A DNA stretch of 58,535 nucleotides, the filler included, from Sphacelaria rigidula (lineage: Eukaryota), in NCBI GenBank assembly GCA_964200075.2. It is 5 parts of 5 records of this genome, joined end to end, with 100 filler letters (N's around TTAATTAATTAA, not from the genome) between each part and the next. Parts side by side here need not be neighbours in the genome. Positions count along the whole stretch, not along the records: positions 23,459 to 35,085 come from CAXNAA020004687.1; positions 35,186 to 46,812 come from CAXNAA020004688.1; 3 more parts are not named here. One strand, given 5' to 3'. Made by a program: the position numbers and the translations under genes. Shown in pieces: positions 24,813 through 35,428 of the stretch (position 1 is the stretch's first letter; each line of letters starts with the position of its first letter). The notes beneath the pieces are model-generated. The model was not told where the DNA came from. It worked only from the letters and a program-made list of their open reading frames with translations, and did no database searches.

Positions 24813-24905
24813 CCCCCCCCCCGGCGCTCCGTCTCGAAAGGGATGCGAGGTCAATGGTCTTATGACTATGGCATGCATGATCATGAGTACACCCCCCCCG
24901 CCCCC
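24813..24905 (+). repeat. Poly-C-tailed short structured element
   Basis: C-run + gcgctccgtctcgaaagggatgcgaggtcaatggtcttatgactatggcatgcatgatcatgagtac + C-run. Confidence 0.85.
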
Positions 24906-25294
24906 TTGCTGATTGCTTCGCCCGCATTCTTCAGTGCTGCGTTTTTTCTTTTTCCAGCCAATTTCTTCGTTTGGAAAACAAAACCGTCGCCGGATGCGGT
25001 AGTAGTCACTCGCGTGTTCCCAGGGATGTGGGTAGGGCATCAGGACGGATGTTCTGATGCGTGGGAATTGAAGAAGGCATACCTTGAGACTGAGAAAGAG
25101 TGCGGTTGTAGTGAGCCATATCCATCGTCAGAGTATGACGGTATTCCTGTGACGGAATGAACGGCGACCCGAGGTGACGGAGTATCGATTCCTCAAATAA
25201 TGTTCCGGGAATCGTTCGGAGGGAATGGTGGGTACCTTGACGTGGCTTTGTGACCGTGTTTTTGGACAAGAAATACTATTTCTTGGTGCTCGTG

Positions 25295-25330
<36 letters not shown>

Positions 25331-25336
25331 ACACAC

Positions 25337-25477
25337 CATCCCGCCCGGAAGAGTTGGTCGTGGACACACGCGTCCCGCCCGGAAGACATTGCACAATTAC
25401 GGAAGCATCCCGCCCGGAAGGGTTGGCCATGGACACACGCATCCCGCTCGGAAGACGTTGCACATCCACGGAAGCAT
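25337..25477. repeat. Higher-order minisatellite (A-B-A-B, 34/35-bp units)
   Basis: c(a/g)tcccgc(c/t)cggaag at 25337, 25371, 25406, 25440; intervening segments alternate; flanked by (CA)n. Confidence 0.9.
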
Positions 25478-25575
25478 ACACACACACACACTTTTTCTGT
25501 TCTGTTTTTTTTCCTTCATCTACTTGTTATTTTTGCCTTCCTGTCTTGTGTCTGTGGCGATCATTTATCGTGCAG

Positions 25576-28500
25576 GAATGGGTGGAGTACAACACACGAC
25601 AAATGTCTCGCATTTACCCCGGTGGAGCGAGATTAGATTCCTCCAACTACGACCCGCAACCAAGCTGGAACGTGGGCAGCCAGGTACACTGTGCAAGGAT
25701 GTACGTAAGCAGTCGATAAATCGATACTCCGATGTTCACTCGGCAGTAATGCATGCTCTATTGTCGCATCTTCTTTATTTCTTAATTTTTTCATATTACT
25801 TGTTCAACTTTTGGTTCAGTGCGAGTGAGTTTCAGCGATCAACCATGGACAAGAAGGAACGGACTTATACGCTTTTTGACTTGAGGCGTCGATAACTGTA
25901 CCGTTAAGATTATTGCTCGATTGTGACGTCATGGGAAAATGAGCACATGTGCATACAGTACATTGTTCTCGACGCCCACCCCCGCTTGTGCACTGTTCTG
26001 CTATGTTTTATTCCGTTCGATTTGGCTCTACTCATTTTCTATCGTGAACTCGGGTCGTGTTTGTTTCTCTTCTTCGGTATGGTGTACAATATAGTGTCAT
26101 TCCACTGTATCCGCCAGCGGGACATAATCACTGTCGAGGTGGATATCGATAGCATCACCGAATGAACACAGTCCCCGATAATCAAGCTTCGATCTTTAAC
26201 GACGAGGCATGGATGGAACCAAACATCACGAATACCATTACTCTCTAACGCAAGTTGCCTGTTCTTCGCTTTTCCCAGTAAACGCGTCCTGGAAATTACC
26301 GAAACACTATGTAGCCGGGATGTACAGTATACACGATCCCCATTTCCCCTCTCCCTACTCTTGCTGTACCCCCACTCGTTGAAGGTGCCCCCGCCCATTC
26401 ATTGTTTCATAGGCTGCTTGCTCGCCAACCTGTTGCGCATCACCCTCGTGCTCTGTGCTCGGGCTACTCCCTCTTGGGTGTTGAGGAGAGGGATATGGGC
26501 ATGATGAAAACGGGAGGTTGGGAGACTGCAAGAGGTAAAATATAGACCACACATCCCGGATTATGACGCATACACTGGCTTACGACCCACGGGACTATGA
26601 CACATGTACACTGGATTATGACACACACAACCGAGTATGACACATGTGCACCGGATTATAACACACGCACACTGCCCTCCTCTCTGCAACCCTCGCCCTC
26701 CCTGTCCCCCGGCCCCCGGTCCCCGGCCCCGCAACCATTTTTTGCGCAGATCGTGTCTTTGAATTACCAGACGGCGGGCAGTGCCATGCGTCTCAACGAT
26801 GGCAAGTTCAGAGACAATGGCGGGTGCGGATACCTGCTTAAGCCAGAAGTGCTTCGAAGACCCGAGGTCGGGTTCAACCCTGAGGTCGGGCCTTTTTCTT
26901 CTTCGCCCGTCACGCTGACTGTTCAGGTAATGATAACATCAAGCTGTCGGGAAACAATGTGGATGATAAATATAGTATACATTGGCTTTTTTGCGGTAGG
27001 CGAGAACAAAGCATAAAGTGTTTCTGTTTGCTCTTTTATTCCCCTTGCCAGCCAAACACCAATCTTGCTTGGGATGCAAGGTCAATTATCTTATGACTAC
27101 GGCATGCAAGGTCATGAGTCCCCCCCCCCCAACAGTGATGATTTGGTGCTGCCGTTGGAGGGAGTTATTCTTGCTTCCAGCCTTTCGTATTTATTTTAGT
27201 CATCTCCCAGTGTTTCGTTTTCGTATGTATTTAGGCATGCCACTGCGACCTCGATGGTCTACCTGGTGCACTAGCGACTGGTTAGGGGGAAAATTTGCGG
27301 AGTTGAATCCACGACGTATCCGGTATTTTCAGCAGAATCTAGTGTGCGCCGTTCAGGCCGCTTCTTTCTGCCAGCGGAAGTATGAGAGCTGAAAAAATTA
27401 CCTTTTCGGACCTTCTGCGTAGTCTTGCGCCTTAAAAAGAGGCCTAGGCGGGTTTTGACTTGGAATGCCTTGCTATACTTGTTGAGACGGTAAGTGTTTC
27501 TGAACTTGACCGGCCTCCGAGAGAGATGATCGGTCTACGAGAAAAATCAAGTTTGGCCAAAAAAGATACTGCTGCCACCGGTAAACGCGAACTTGTCCGA
27601 GAACCGTCTCAAGGAGTATAGAAATGTCTTGCTATACCCGTTGAAACGGGAAAGTTAATCTGGGTCTGACCGTTCGCAGAGAAAAATGATCGGTTTCCGA
27701 GAGAAACGCAAGTTTGGGCTAAAAATGCAAGTTTTGGCATCCTAGAACCGTCTGGAGGAGTACAGCAAGGCTTTCCCATGTGTCCAAATCCCCCCAGCGC
27801 TTTTGTAGGGCGTAAAACGAAGCAGCACCAGAGAAGGTCCAAAAAGGCAGTTTTGCAGCTTTGAAAATATATATTTTTGCCTGCGAATAGAACCGGCCTG
27901 AAAAAAAGCACGAACTCGCGGGTGGCAGATAATTAAAATCGACGCCGGAGTGAGTGCTGATCTGACCCGCGATACTAGCATGTCAGGGAAGGACAGGGAC
28001 AGGGAGGGATCGTGAATTGCTCCCTCGACACTACAAACACGGGATTTTACAAATTGGGGATGGGTTATTTTTATTGGGGATGAGAACCCGGAGAATTAAA
28101 ATCTTCGTATCCACACCAAATCTTCGAAGTATGCTTCCATTTCTTCACTTGCTGGTAGCTATTGACAACTACTGCACGCCACACAAATTTGGATTTCAAT
28201 AACCGAAATGTCGGGATCCTAGGTGAAAAACCAATTTTGGCGTCCGATCGGATCACCTAAATCCCCCCAAAATGGTTTTTCACCTGGGACCCTGACATTT
28301 CGATGATCGAAATCAAATTTGTATGGCGTATGGTAGTTGTCAATAGTTACCTGCAAGTGAAGAAATGGAACCATGTTTCCAAGATTTGGTGTGGACACGA
28401 AGAATTTTGAATTCTCCGGGTTTTCATCCCCAATAAATAATCCATCCCCAATTTGTAAAATCTCATGTTTACAGATACTCATCCAAAGGAGGGGGAGGTG

Positions 28501-30211
28501 GGGTGGGTTGAAAGCATGACGGAAATAGGTATTGCAAAAGGAAGGGAAAACCCCCGTTTCTTCCAGTGTGTGTGCGCGCGTGTGTTTCCACGTGTTCCTT
28601 TTTTTCTGGCCCGGGTTATTGTTGTGTTTGTCATCATCCAGCGCGGTTTTACATGTTCATGCACATGCTGGTCGGTGCTTTTGGCTGACTTCGTCTTGAA
28701 CCCTCACAAATGCCCATCCTCACTGCTTCCATCTCGGAAGGGATGCGTGGTCAACGATTAAATTACTTACGGTAAACAAAAAATAAGTACCCCCCCCCGC
28801 ACCCCCGAACCTCCTGCACCCCCGCACCCCCTCACGTCTTCCAATTTATGGACTACAATTTAAAATGTGAAATGTAGGTGATCAGCGCTAGGCAGTTGCC
28901 GAAGCCGGGTGGCGCACAAAAGGGGGAGATCATCGATCCTTACGTCATGCTCCAGCTGCACGGAGTACCGAAGGACTGCAAGAAGGCGAAGAGCACGAAG
29001 TACATCGATGACAACGGATTTAACCCGATCTGGAATACCACCAGCACTTTTGACGTGAGCAAATAGAATCGCACAAAGTGGTATCATTTTTTTTCTTCCT
29101 CTCGTTCTCATGGACACGTGAAGAAAAATTGTCTCATCCAGGTATAGACCTGAGCACTCGGAGAGACAGTTTCAGGTATAGCTCCGGTAGCAATATCAAC
29201 TGCCCCAAATGCGGCCGTCTGATTAGTCGAGGCGGCAAAGTACCTGATCATGAGTCTCAACCCAGCAGGTGTACCCGACTTTGTCTACTTTCCCCACTAG
29301 CTGTACCTGAACCTCGTGAAGTTCCGGAGAGTGGCGAGCGGAAAGTACCGGGAGTATGCCCAACAAATGTGACGATGAAGTCCGCACATACAGATGTCAT
29401 TTATTTTTGACCGAGCCTGTTTTCCGCAAGCGTTCCGTAGTATCTAAATGTGACGCCTACGGAGATTCGATTCAGTGCCCTTGTCGGCAACGAACTCCGT
29501 AGATACAAAAGAAGCAGCAGAGGCGGCTCTTTACCGCGCACTCTTCATCCACCTCGAATGCAAAGAACCACTTTTCTTCTCATTGCCTCTCGGTTGGTCG
29601 TGCCCGATTTGATTGGGCGATGGCGATGCGTTCACTGCGAGGGTTCGTGAGCGATCGATGGGATCGTCATCCGCTGCACTTGAAAAGCCGATTCAAGATG
29701 TCACCTACCCTCGTGGTGAAAGGGTTAACCCTCAGCCTGCGAGGGTAGTCCATCTGGATCATATACACCTTTTTCAAGTGAATACTGATGTCGACACAAC
29801 AGATGGCCTACTATCGCCGTTTATGGGTTAAGGTGTGTAATATTAGCAAAACCGTTTCTACTCGAGAAAGTGCGGTGGAAAAGAAAAGAAAAACATGTAA
29901 CAGATGGTCATTTTAGCAGGAATGACGTGGACATGAGGTACGACCTATTAGATCGGATTTTTTTTTTCCGTCACCCTTTTGCGATATATATATATATATA
30001 TATTTTAAAAGGCATGGCCTTCGACAGTACGTAAAGTTGACAACCTCAAATTGGTGGCAACCGAATATCATGTGACGCTTCCCCACTGTACCGTGCTGTG
30101 ATATGCTGTGATATGCTGTGCTGTACTGTACTGTATTGCACTATACTATGCTGCGCATGGCACTGTATGTGTGTTGAGATCGTGACGTGCAAAGTACGCC
30201 AATAGCGGTTC

Positions 30212-30271
<60 letters not shown>

Positions 30272-31393
30272 TTCCCTTTACCTCAAGACTCGTGAAATTT
30301 TCACGAAAGTTCGCCTGCGCGTCGTTAATGTGTCCTTTTTACACTTTTTAACGCAGCCACAGTGGGGGTGGTGCGGAAGCATGGGGCTATCACGAGCTTC
30401 CCCAATGCAGCTAGCATAAAACATATAGCAGCAGCGGAGTCCACGAGGAATTCGATTTTGAATCTTTTGCATCTGGAATATTGCCCCACTGGAGTCCTAG
30501 ATGTGAGGTTGTCCGATCAAGAGAGTCCTTCCGAATATTGAATTCTGGATTTGTTTCGTAGGGATGCGTTGGGGCTGGTAGACCGGGGTCTTGCAGCTTG
30601 GAGCTTGCCGGTGGTCATATACCTTGTTGGAGCACGTGCATCGCCCTTGTACGTGTGGTGGTCTTGCATGAGACGTTGGTTGACCTGTCCAGTGTGACTG
30701 GCGCTGTGGTTTGTGTGAGTAGGTCATGGGTGCCGTCACAATGGCCATTTGTGTACTGCACTCTACCTTCTTGCTTACTACAGCCACCACTCGCCACATG
30801 AACCAAGCGACTTCCAACAGGAAGACTAACCGTTTGATTTCATGAGTTGATGGGTTGATGAGAGTACATGATGAAGCATCAAATAGCTACAGCATGAAAT
30901 TTCGAAGGAGGATCGAGTGACGCCCAGTGACCAATATACACGATCTCTGTGAGGAATAGTTGGCGGTGACATATTCCACTTAAAATAGGGCGGCGGCAGG
31001 GTGTGAAGTGCGGGGGGAGGGCTACCACCATCAAGCGTCTAAACAAAAACATAACGAAAATGAAGATGCCTGGACGAAAATACTCGTACGAAATTCTGGA
31101 CTAAACTACGTGTACCGCTCATGGCCGGGTACGGGGGTACGTACGAAACGCGAGTACTGAAACAGACCTGAGTCCAAACCGCTGTCTTGGCCAGGGATAG
31201 GTTACATGAGGTCACAGTTCCGTATGGGTTCTACGAGAAACCTTTGGTCATGGTGAGCACGTGCGGTTTCTGTATCGTTGTGAAGCCGGAATAAATAACG
31301 CCAGCACTATCGAGGGTAGAAGAGTACAGCGGCAGCGTTTCCCCCCTTGTGTGCGGGTGACTAAATCCAGCAGACGTTTGAGCCACGAGCTTC

Positions 31394-31430
<37 letters not shown>

Positions 31431-31809
31431 CCGTCTCCTCGCCCCCCCCCCCCNNNNNNNNNNGACGTCCACTCGGCAGTGCTTCCCGCCTTTTGTGGGG
31501 TTCACTACTACCCCCAGTGCTTCTGGCTCTGTTTCTCTCTCCCCCCCCCCCCCCCCCCTCCGCTCGAAATGTGAACAGGTGGCGATGCCCGACCTCGCTT
31601 TGCTGTCTCTGACAGTCATGGATAAGGATGTCAATGCTGACGACTTCGTGGGCCACGCTGTACTACCCGTTCCGTCCCTTCGACAGGGCTATAGGTCTGT
31701 GAGGGTGTACAGTAAGAGCAGCACTACACACGGCGATTTCGAACACGCTTCGTTGCTCTGCCACTTCGCGGTAGAACCAAAGGCTCGTGCGAATCCCCCC
31801 GTTGGGTAG
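25576..31809 (+). CDS. PLC: Phosphoinositide-specific phospholipase C (Y-box end + C2 domain), 5'-truncated; exons 25576-25683, 26750-26926, 28878-29054, 31579-31809
   Basis: Four phase-0 GT-AG exons: [40 protein letters not shown]...[17 protein letters not shown] (PI-PLC Y box), VISARQLPK...DPYV...[10 protein letters not shown] (C2), [14 protein letters not shown]...[21 protein letters not shown]; stop TAG at 31807-31809. Confidence 0.95.
26555..26672. repeat. Degenerate ~20-bp minisatellite
   Basis: Repeated ggattatgacaca(tgt)acac-like units. Confidence 0.75.
27071..27130 (+). repeat. Poly-C-tailed short structured element, 5'-truncated
   Basis: gggatgcaaggtcaattatcttatgactacggcatgcaaggtcatgagt + C11. 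Confidence 0.8.
28029..28475. mobile_element. Fold-back MITE (~205-bp arms, ~27-nt loop), CACTA/CACTG-like left end, in a PLC intron
   Basis: 28034-28240 is a high-identity reverse complement of 28268-28470; the left end begins CACTACAAAC. Confidence 0.85.
28721..28798 (+). repeat. Poly-C-tailed short structured element, diverged
   Basis: tgcttccatctcggaagggatgcgtggtcaa...aagtac + C-run. Confidence 0.7.
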
Positions 31810-34800
31810 GGGGAGCAACATTAATTGAAATGAAATCCGTTAAGCGTTCGGTAAGACCTTCTGCAGAACGTTCCGCGTGCGGAGTGTCATCGGCCGTGAG
31901 TTCGAAAGGAGCTCTCCGCCCGAAGCACGTTTTTTTTTCAACTGTACTTTTTCGAGCAACGAATACGCGATGGGACAAGCTCGAGATCCTGGGGCGTAAA
32001 TTTCCAGCGGGGGTATGTCGATGTGGCTTGGGTCTTTTTCGTGGGTGTATGTAAATGACGTCAAATATATTTCAACATGTATCACAAACAGTCAGTGTCT
32101 GGCTCATACATAATTGAAGGCGGACTATTTTTTAATTTCGCTATTCTGACCGGTGACTCAAGTCGACAAAGCTTGGGGTGGTTAGCCAGCAGTTCTGTCT
32201 CTCTCCTCTCTCCTCTATCTTTTTCTTGTCTCCCTTTTCTGTCTTTGGTGATTTGAGACGGTAATTAAATGATGCATTCCACTCGTTTTATTTTATTTTA
32301 TATCGTAATCCTGGGGCGGTCATCTGCGTTTTCATGTTTAGTTGATGACCGTGTGTGTCAGTGGTCGCGAGTGTGTGCGATGTTTTTTTTTTTTTGTCGT
32401 GGTGTGAGGTGCGATGTTTTGTTGCGCCGACTTTTTTGGCGGAGTAGTAGTAGGGTATAGACCGTACCCTTAGCGACAAAAAAAATAAATAACAGTCGTT
32501 GTTTTAGGATGTAAACGTGCTGTGAGAGAGAGGTGGAAGGGAGAAATAGTGGGCATACTAATGATGAAAACATGTTGATGAAATCATTTTGTTGTGTGCG
32601 GTACTTGGTCCCAGGGTCCTGGTTCTTTTTCTTTCTTTTTTTTTCCTGTTGTTCGAAGAACGTTCTTCGTCAGCAACCTTACTTTCCTGGCGAGAGAGGA
32701 GTGGTGACCATCAGACGGTTTGGCTGAACCTCCTTAGCGAGTCTTTTATATATGTCGAGGATCGGGGAGGATAGCATACGTAATGCAGTCGTGCGGAGAT
32801 CGCGCGCAAGGACCGTCCGTGTGTGGTTATGCGCTTTTCTTTTCATGTACCGAGAGCAAATGCGGTGAATATTGCGACGGTTCGTAGTGGTCTGTCGTGG
32901 AAATGTATGTGCTTGTTCGGCGCCAGATGATCGTTTCATTTACGGTGGAGGTGGTGGGAGAAACGGATGGGCCACCATGCCAGAAGAGGGTGGCCGATTG
33001 TGTGATATATCGTGGCTGGCGGGGGTTATATGGCATGTGTGTATGCGCGGGCGGGGGGGTGGGAGCAGAGAATGTGATGCGTCCTGGAAAAAATTGCTTG
33101 CAGTCATGTCTCGTTTTTCTCATTTTTTTTTTTCTTTTACAGAATTTTGGTACGGATCGCGTTCCAGTCTTGGACGTACAGGAGTTTTGTCCTATTGAGT
33201 GAAGTGCCCATGCATTGGGCATTCGCTCCTGGCATGATGCCACAACGGGTAGACCGTTGTTGGATGTGTCCGACCGTAGTAGATGGCATGCATGCCTCGT
33301 GTTCGTCCATATTTCCGTATTTTTTTCTTTTCAATGTTCCTTCTCTTGTGTGATGAAAAATGTGCTTTTTGTGTTTCGATTTGAGTCGTCACCCTCTCCC
33401 CACCTACTTGTACCGCCGCTTGGGATCTTCGTTGAGCGTAACGTTTTTCTACTGCTCCGATATCCTTGCTCAGCTGTTGCTTGGTTGGGTGATTCAGGGT
33501 TCTTGCCGGCGGTCACGTTTTATTCGAAGGGATGCGGTGATAAAGACACCGAAGCGTAGGGAAGGCTGGAGGTAGTGGAGGGAGTGCAGCGATAAATATT
33601 TTTTTAGGAACGTTTCCTTAATAGTTTCTATATCGTTTCGTGCCCGCGATATGCGGCGCATTTGTATCACAATAGTTAACACAGCAGGAAGATAGAGATC
33701 ATACAAGTGCAAGATGCGCTTGGTTTCTTTTGCGTGGGGTACATAGAAAAGTGTCATCATCTACGAGAACTGCCTGGTGACCCGTGCCTCGATTAGCTGT
33801 TATCCCTTAGTGCTGTACCCCCAGCCCCCCCTCCTTGAGTTAAGGCACAACCGCGAGGACGCTACACATTGTGTTTGAAATGGATATTTGGGTTGGCTGG
33901 CCACATACAACCAAACAACGTTAGGAATGCCTGCAGGGTGCCTCCCCACATGCATAATGTAGTGTTTCATTGAACTGTATCCTCTTTTGGTAAGTTCTCC
34001 AACCGTTACGCGGAAAGATAGGTGACTTACAGTCAAGACAGTTGTGTATTTTGCAGGAGGGTAGAGAACCTGAAGTTGGTCAGATCGGGTGGGGGGGGGG
34101 GAGAGACACATTGTAGTGTGGTGTGTGCTCATCAGTGAACCTCTAGCGCGTATTGTTTCAGGTCGAAGAATCGCTTCCAAAGAGGGATTGATGGCCGGAA
34201 CCAATGGAGGGGGACGGGGGAGGGGAGGTAGGCTTCCCCCTTCAAAAGTACTGTATGTAGTATGAACGTCCGAAGGTGTTGACTATGTGCCTACGCGATT
34301 GTTCCATTTATTTTTTTCTCCTTTTTCTCCTTTTTTTGTTCTTCCTTGTTCTTAGACCGTGCACTGTTCTCATGCGGCATATATATTATATGGAGGTAGT
34401 GGGTGGGCCGACCTCACTTCCCGCCTCGCCCCGCCTCGCCCCGCCCCCGCCCCCACCGCCCCCCCCCTCTGTGTTTTTAAGTCATACGGGTGAAGAAAAA
34501 TCATCGTAAATACGATATTTACTCACATGACCGATGTGTATTTTGCGCAAACGCCAAAACCAAGAGATGGAGCGGCGAGGAGGCGTTTTCGCGTTTTTTC
34601 TGTGCCTCGGGTTGTATCGGGGCGCGTTCACATGATGCTGGTTTATATCTGCTGACATGTACGAACGCGAAGTTCAGGGCAAGAAGGTGCCGACTGTACT
34701 GTTGTGACCGGGTCATGATGACGCTATTGTGAATATAATACGGCAGCTGGGCACGTTACGGCCAGAACCGGCACAGGCTTTTCTTATCAGAGCTACTGTA

Positions 34801-34949
34801 TTCTGTGTTCCGCCCAAAACTCGGCCGCTTATTTTCGTGGAGGCAGCCTGCTAATAGCCCGTGGATATGATCGTGTCGTGGCGGCGACAACACTCAAAGG
34901 GAGGACTCATACCTGGATCAGTCTTCCCCCCACCTCTCACCCAATGGTG

Positions 34950-35085
34950 AGACACCCATGAGGTAGTATATAAGCCGTTGCTGTCTTTGGAAGTGGCGAT
35001 ACCAGATAATAAAGCAACTCATTGGAGGCTGTCATCCGTATGCAAGATGATCAGTAGGCTTCGGGTCGAACAATCTTAGCAGGGT
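34950..35085 (+). repeat. Interspersed ~135-bp repeat family, copy 2 (contig end)
   Basis: Homologous to 1-126 and 39355-39487. Confidence 0.85.
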
Positions 35086-35185
35086 NNNNNNNNNNNNNNN
35101 NNNNNNNNNNNNNNNNNNNNNNNNNNNNNTTAATTAATTAANNNNNNNNNNNNNNNNNNNNNNNNNNNNNNNNNNNNNNNNNNNN
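35086..35185. other. Artificial contig-joining linker 3
   Basis: 44 N + TTAATTAATTAA + 44 N. Confidence 0.97.
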
Positions 35186-35428
35186 TGTATGATACACGTT
35201 TGTATATTTCTCGTTACCAAAGAAACAACCCCCCCTCCCCCCTCCCCCCGAAAAAATCGTAAAAATCGTAAAAATCGAAGAATTGAACATGAAAAACATC
35301 CAGCGCCTTATCAAACCATCAGAAGCAATGTATAGTCATCGTTTGAACCCATGGCGTGCGGGTGGTTATGTAGTATATCCATTGTATTTGTCTGCTTTTG
35401 ACTGAAAATAAAACGACATGATACACAG

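Noticed and set aside
25337-25477. CRISPR-like regularly spaced repeats
   Set aside because: The 'spacers' repeat alternately (A-B-A-B), the conserved part is only ~15 bp, the context is a eukaryotic intron, and there are no cas genes.
31454-31463. Short N runs (also 55154-55162)
   Set aside because: Ordinary scaffold gaps beside poly-C tracts, not biological features.
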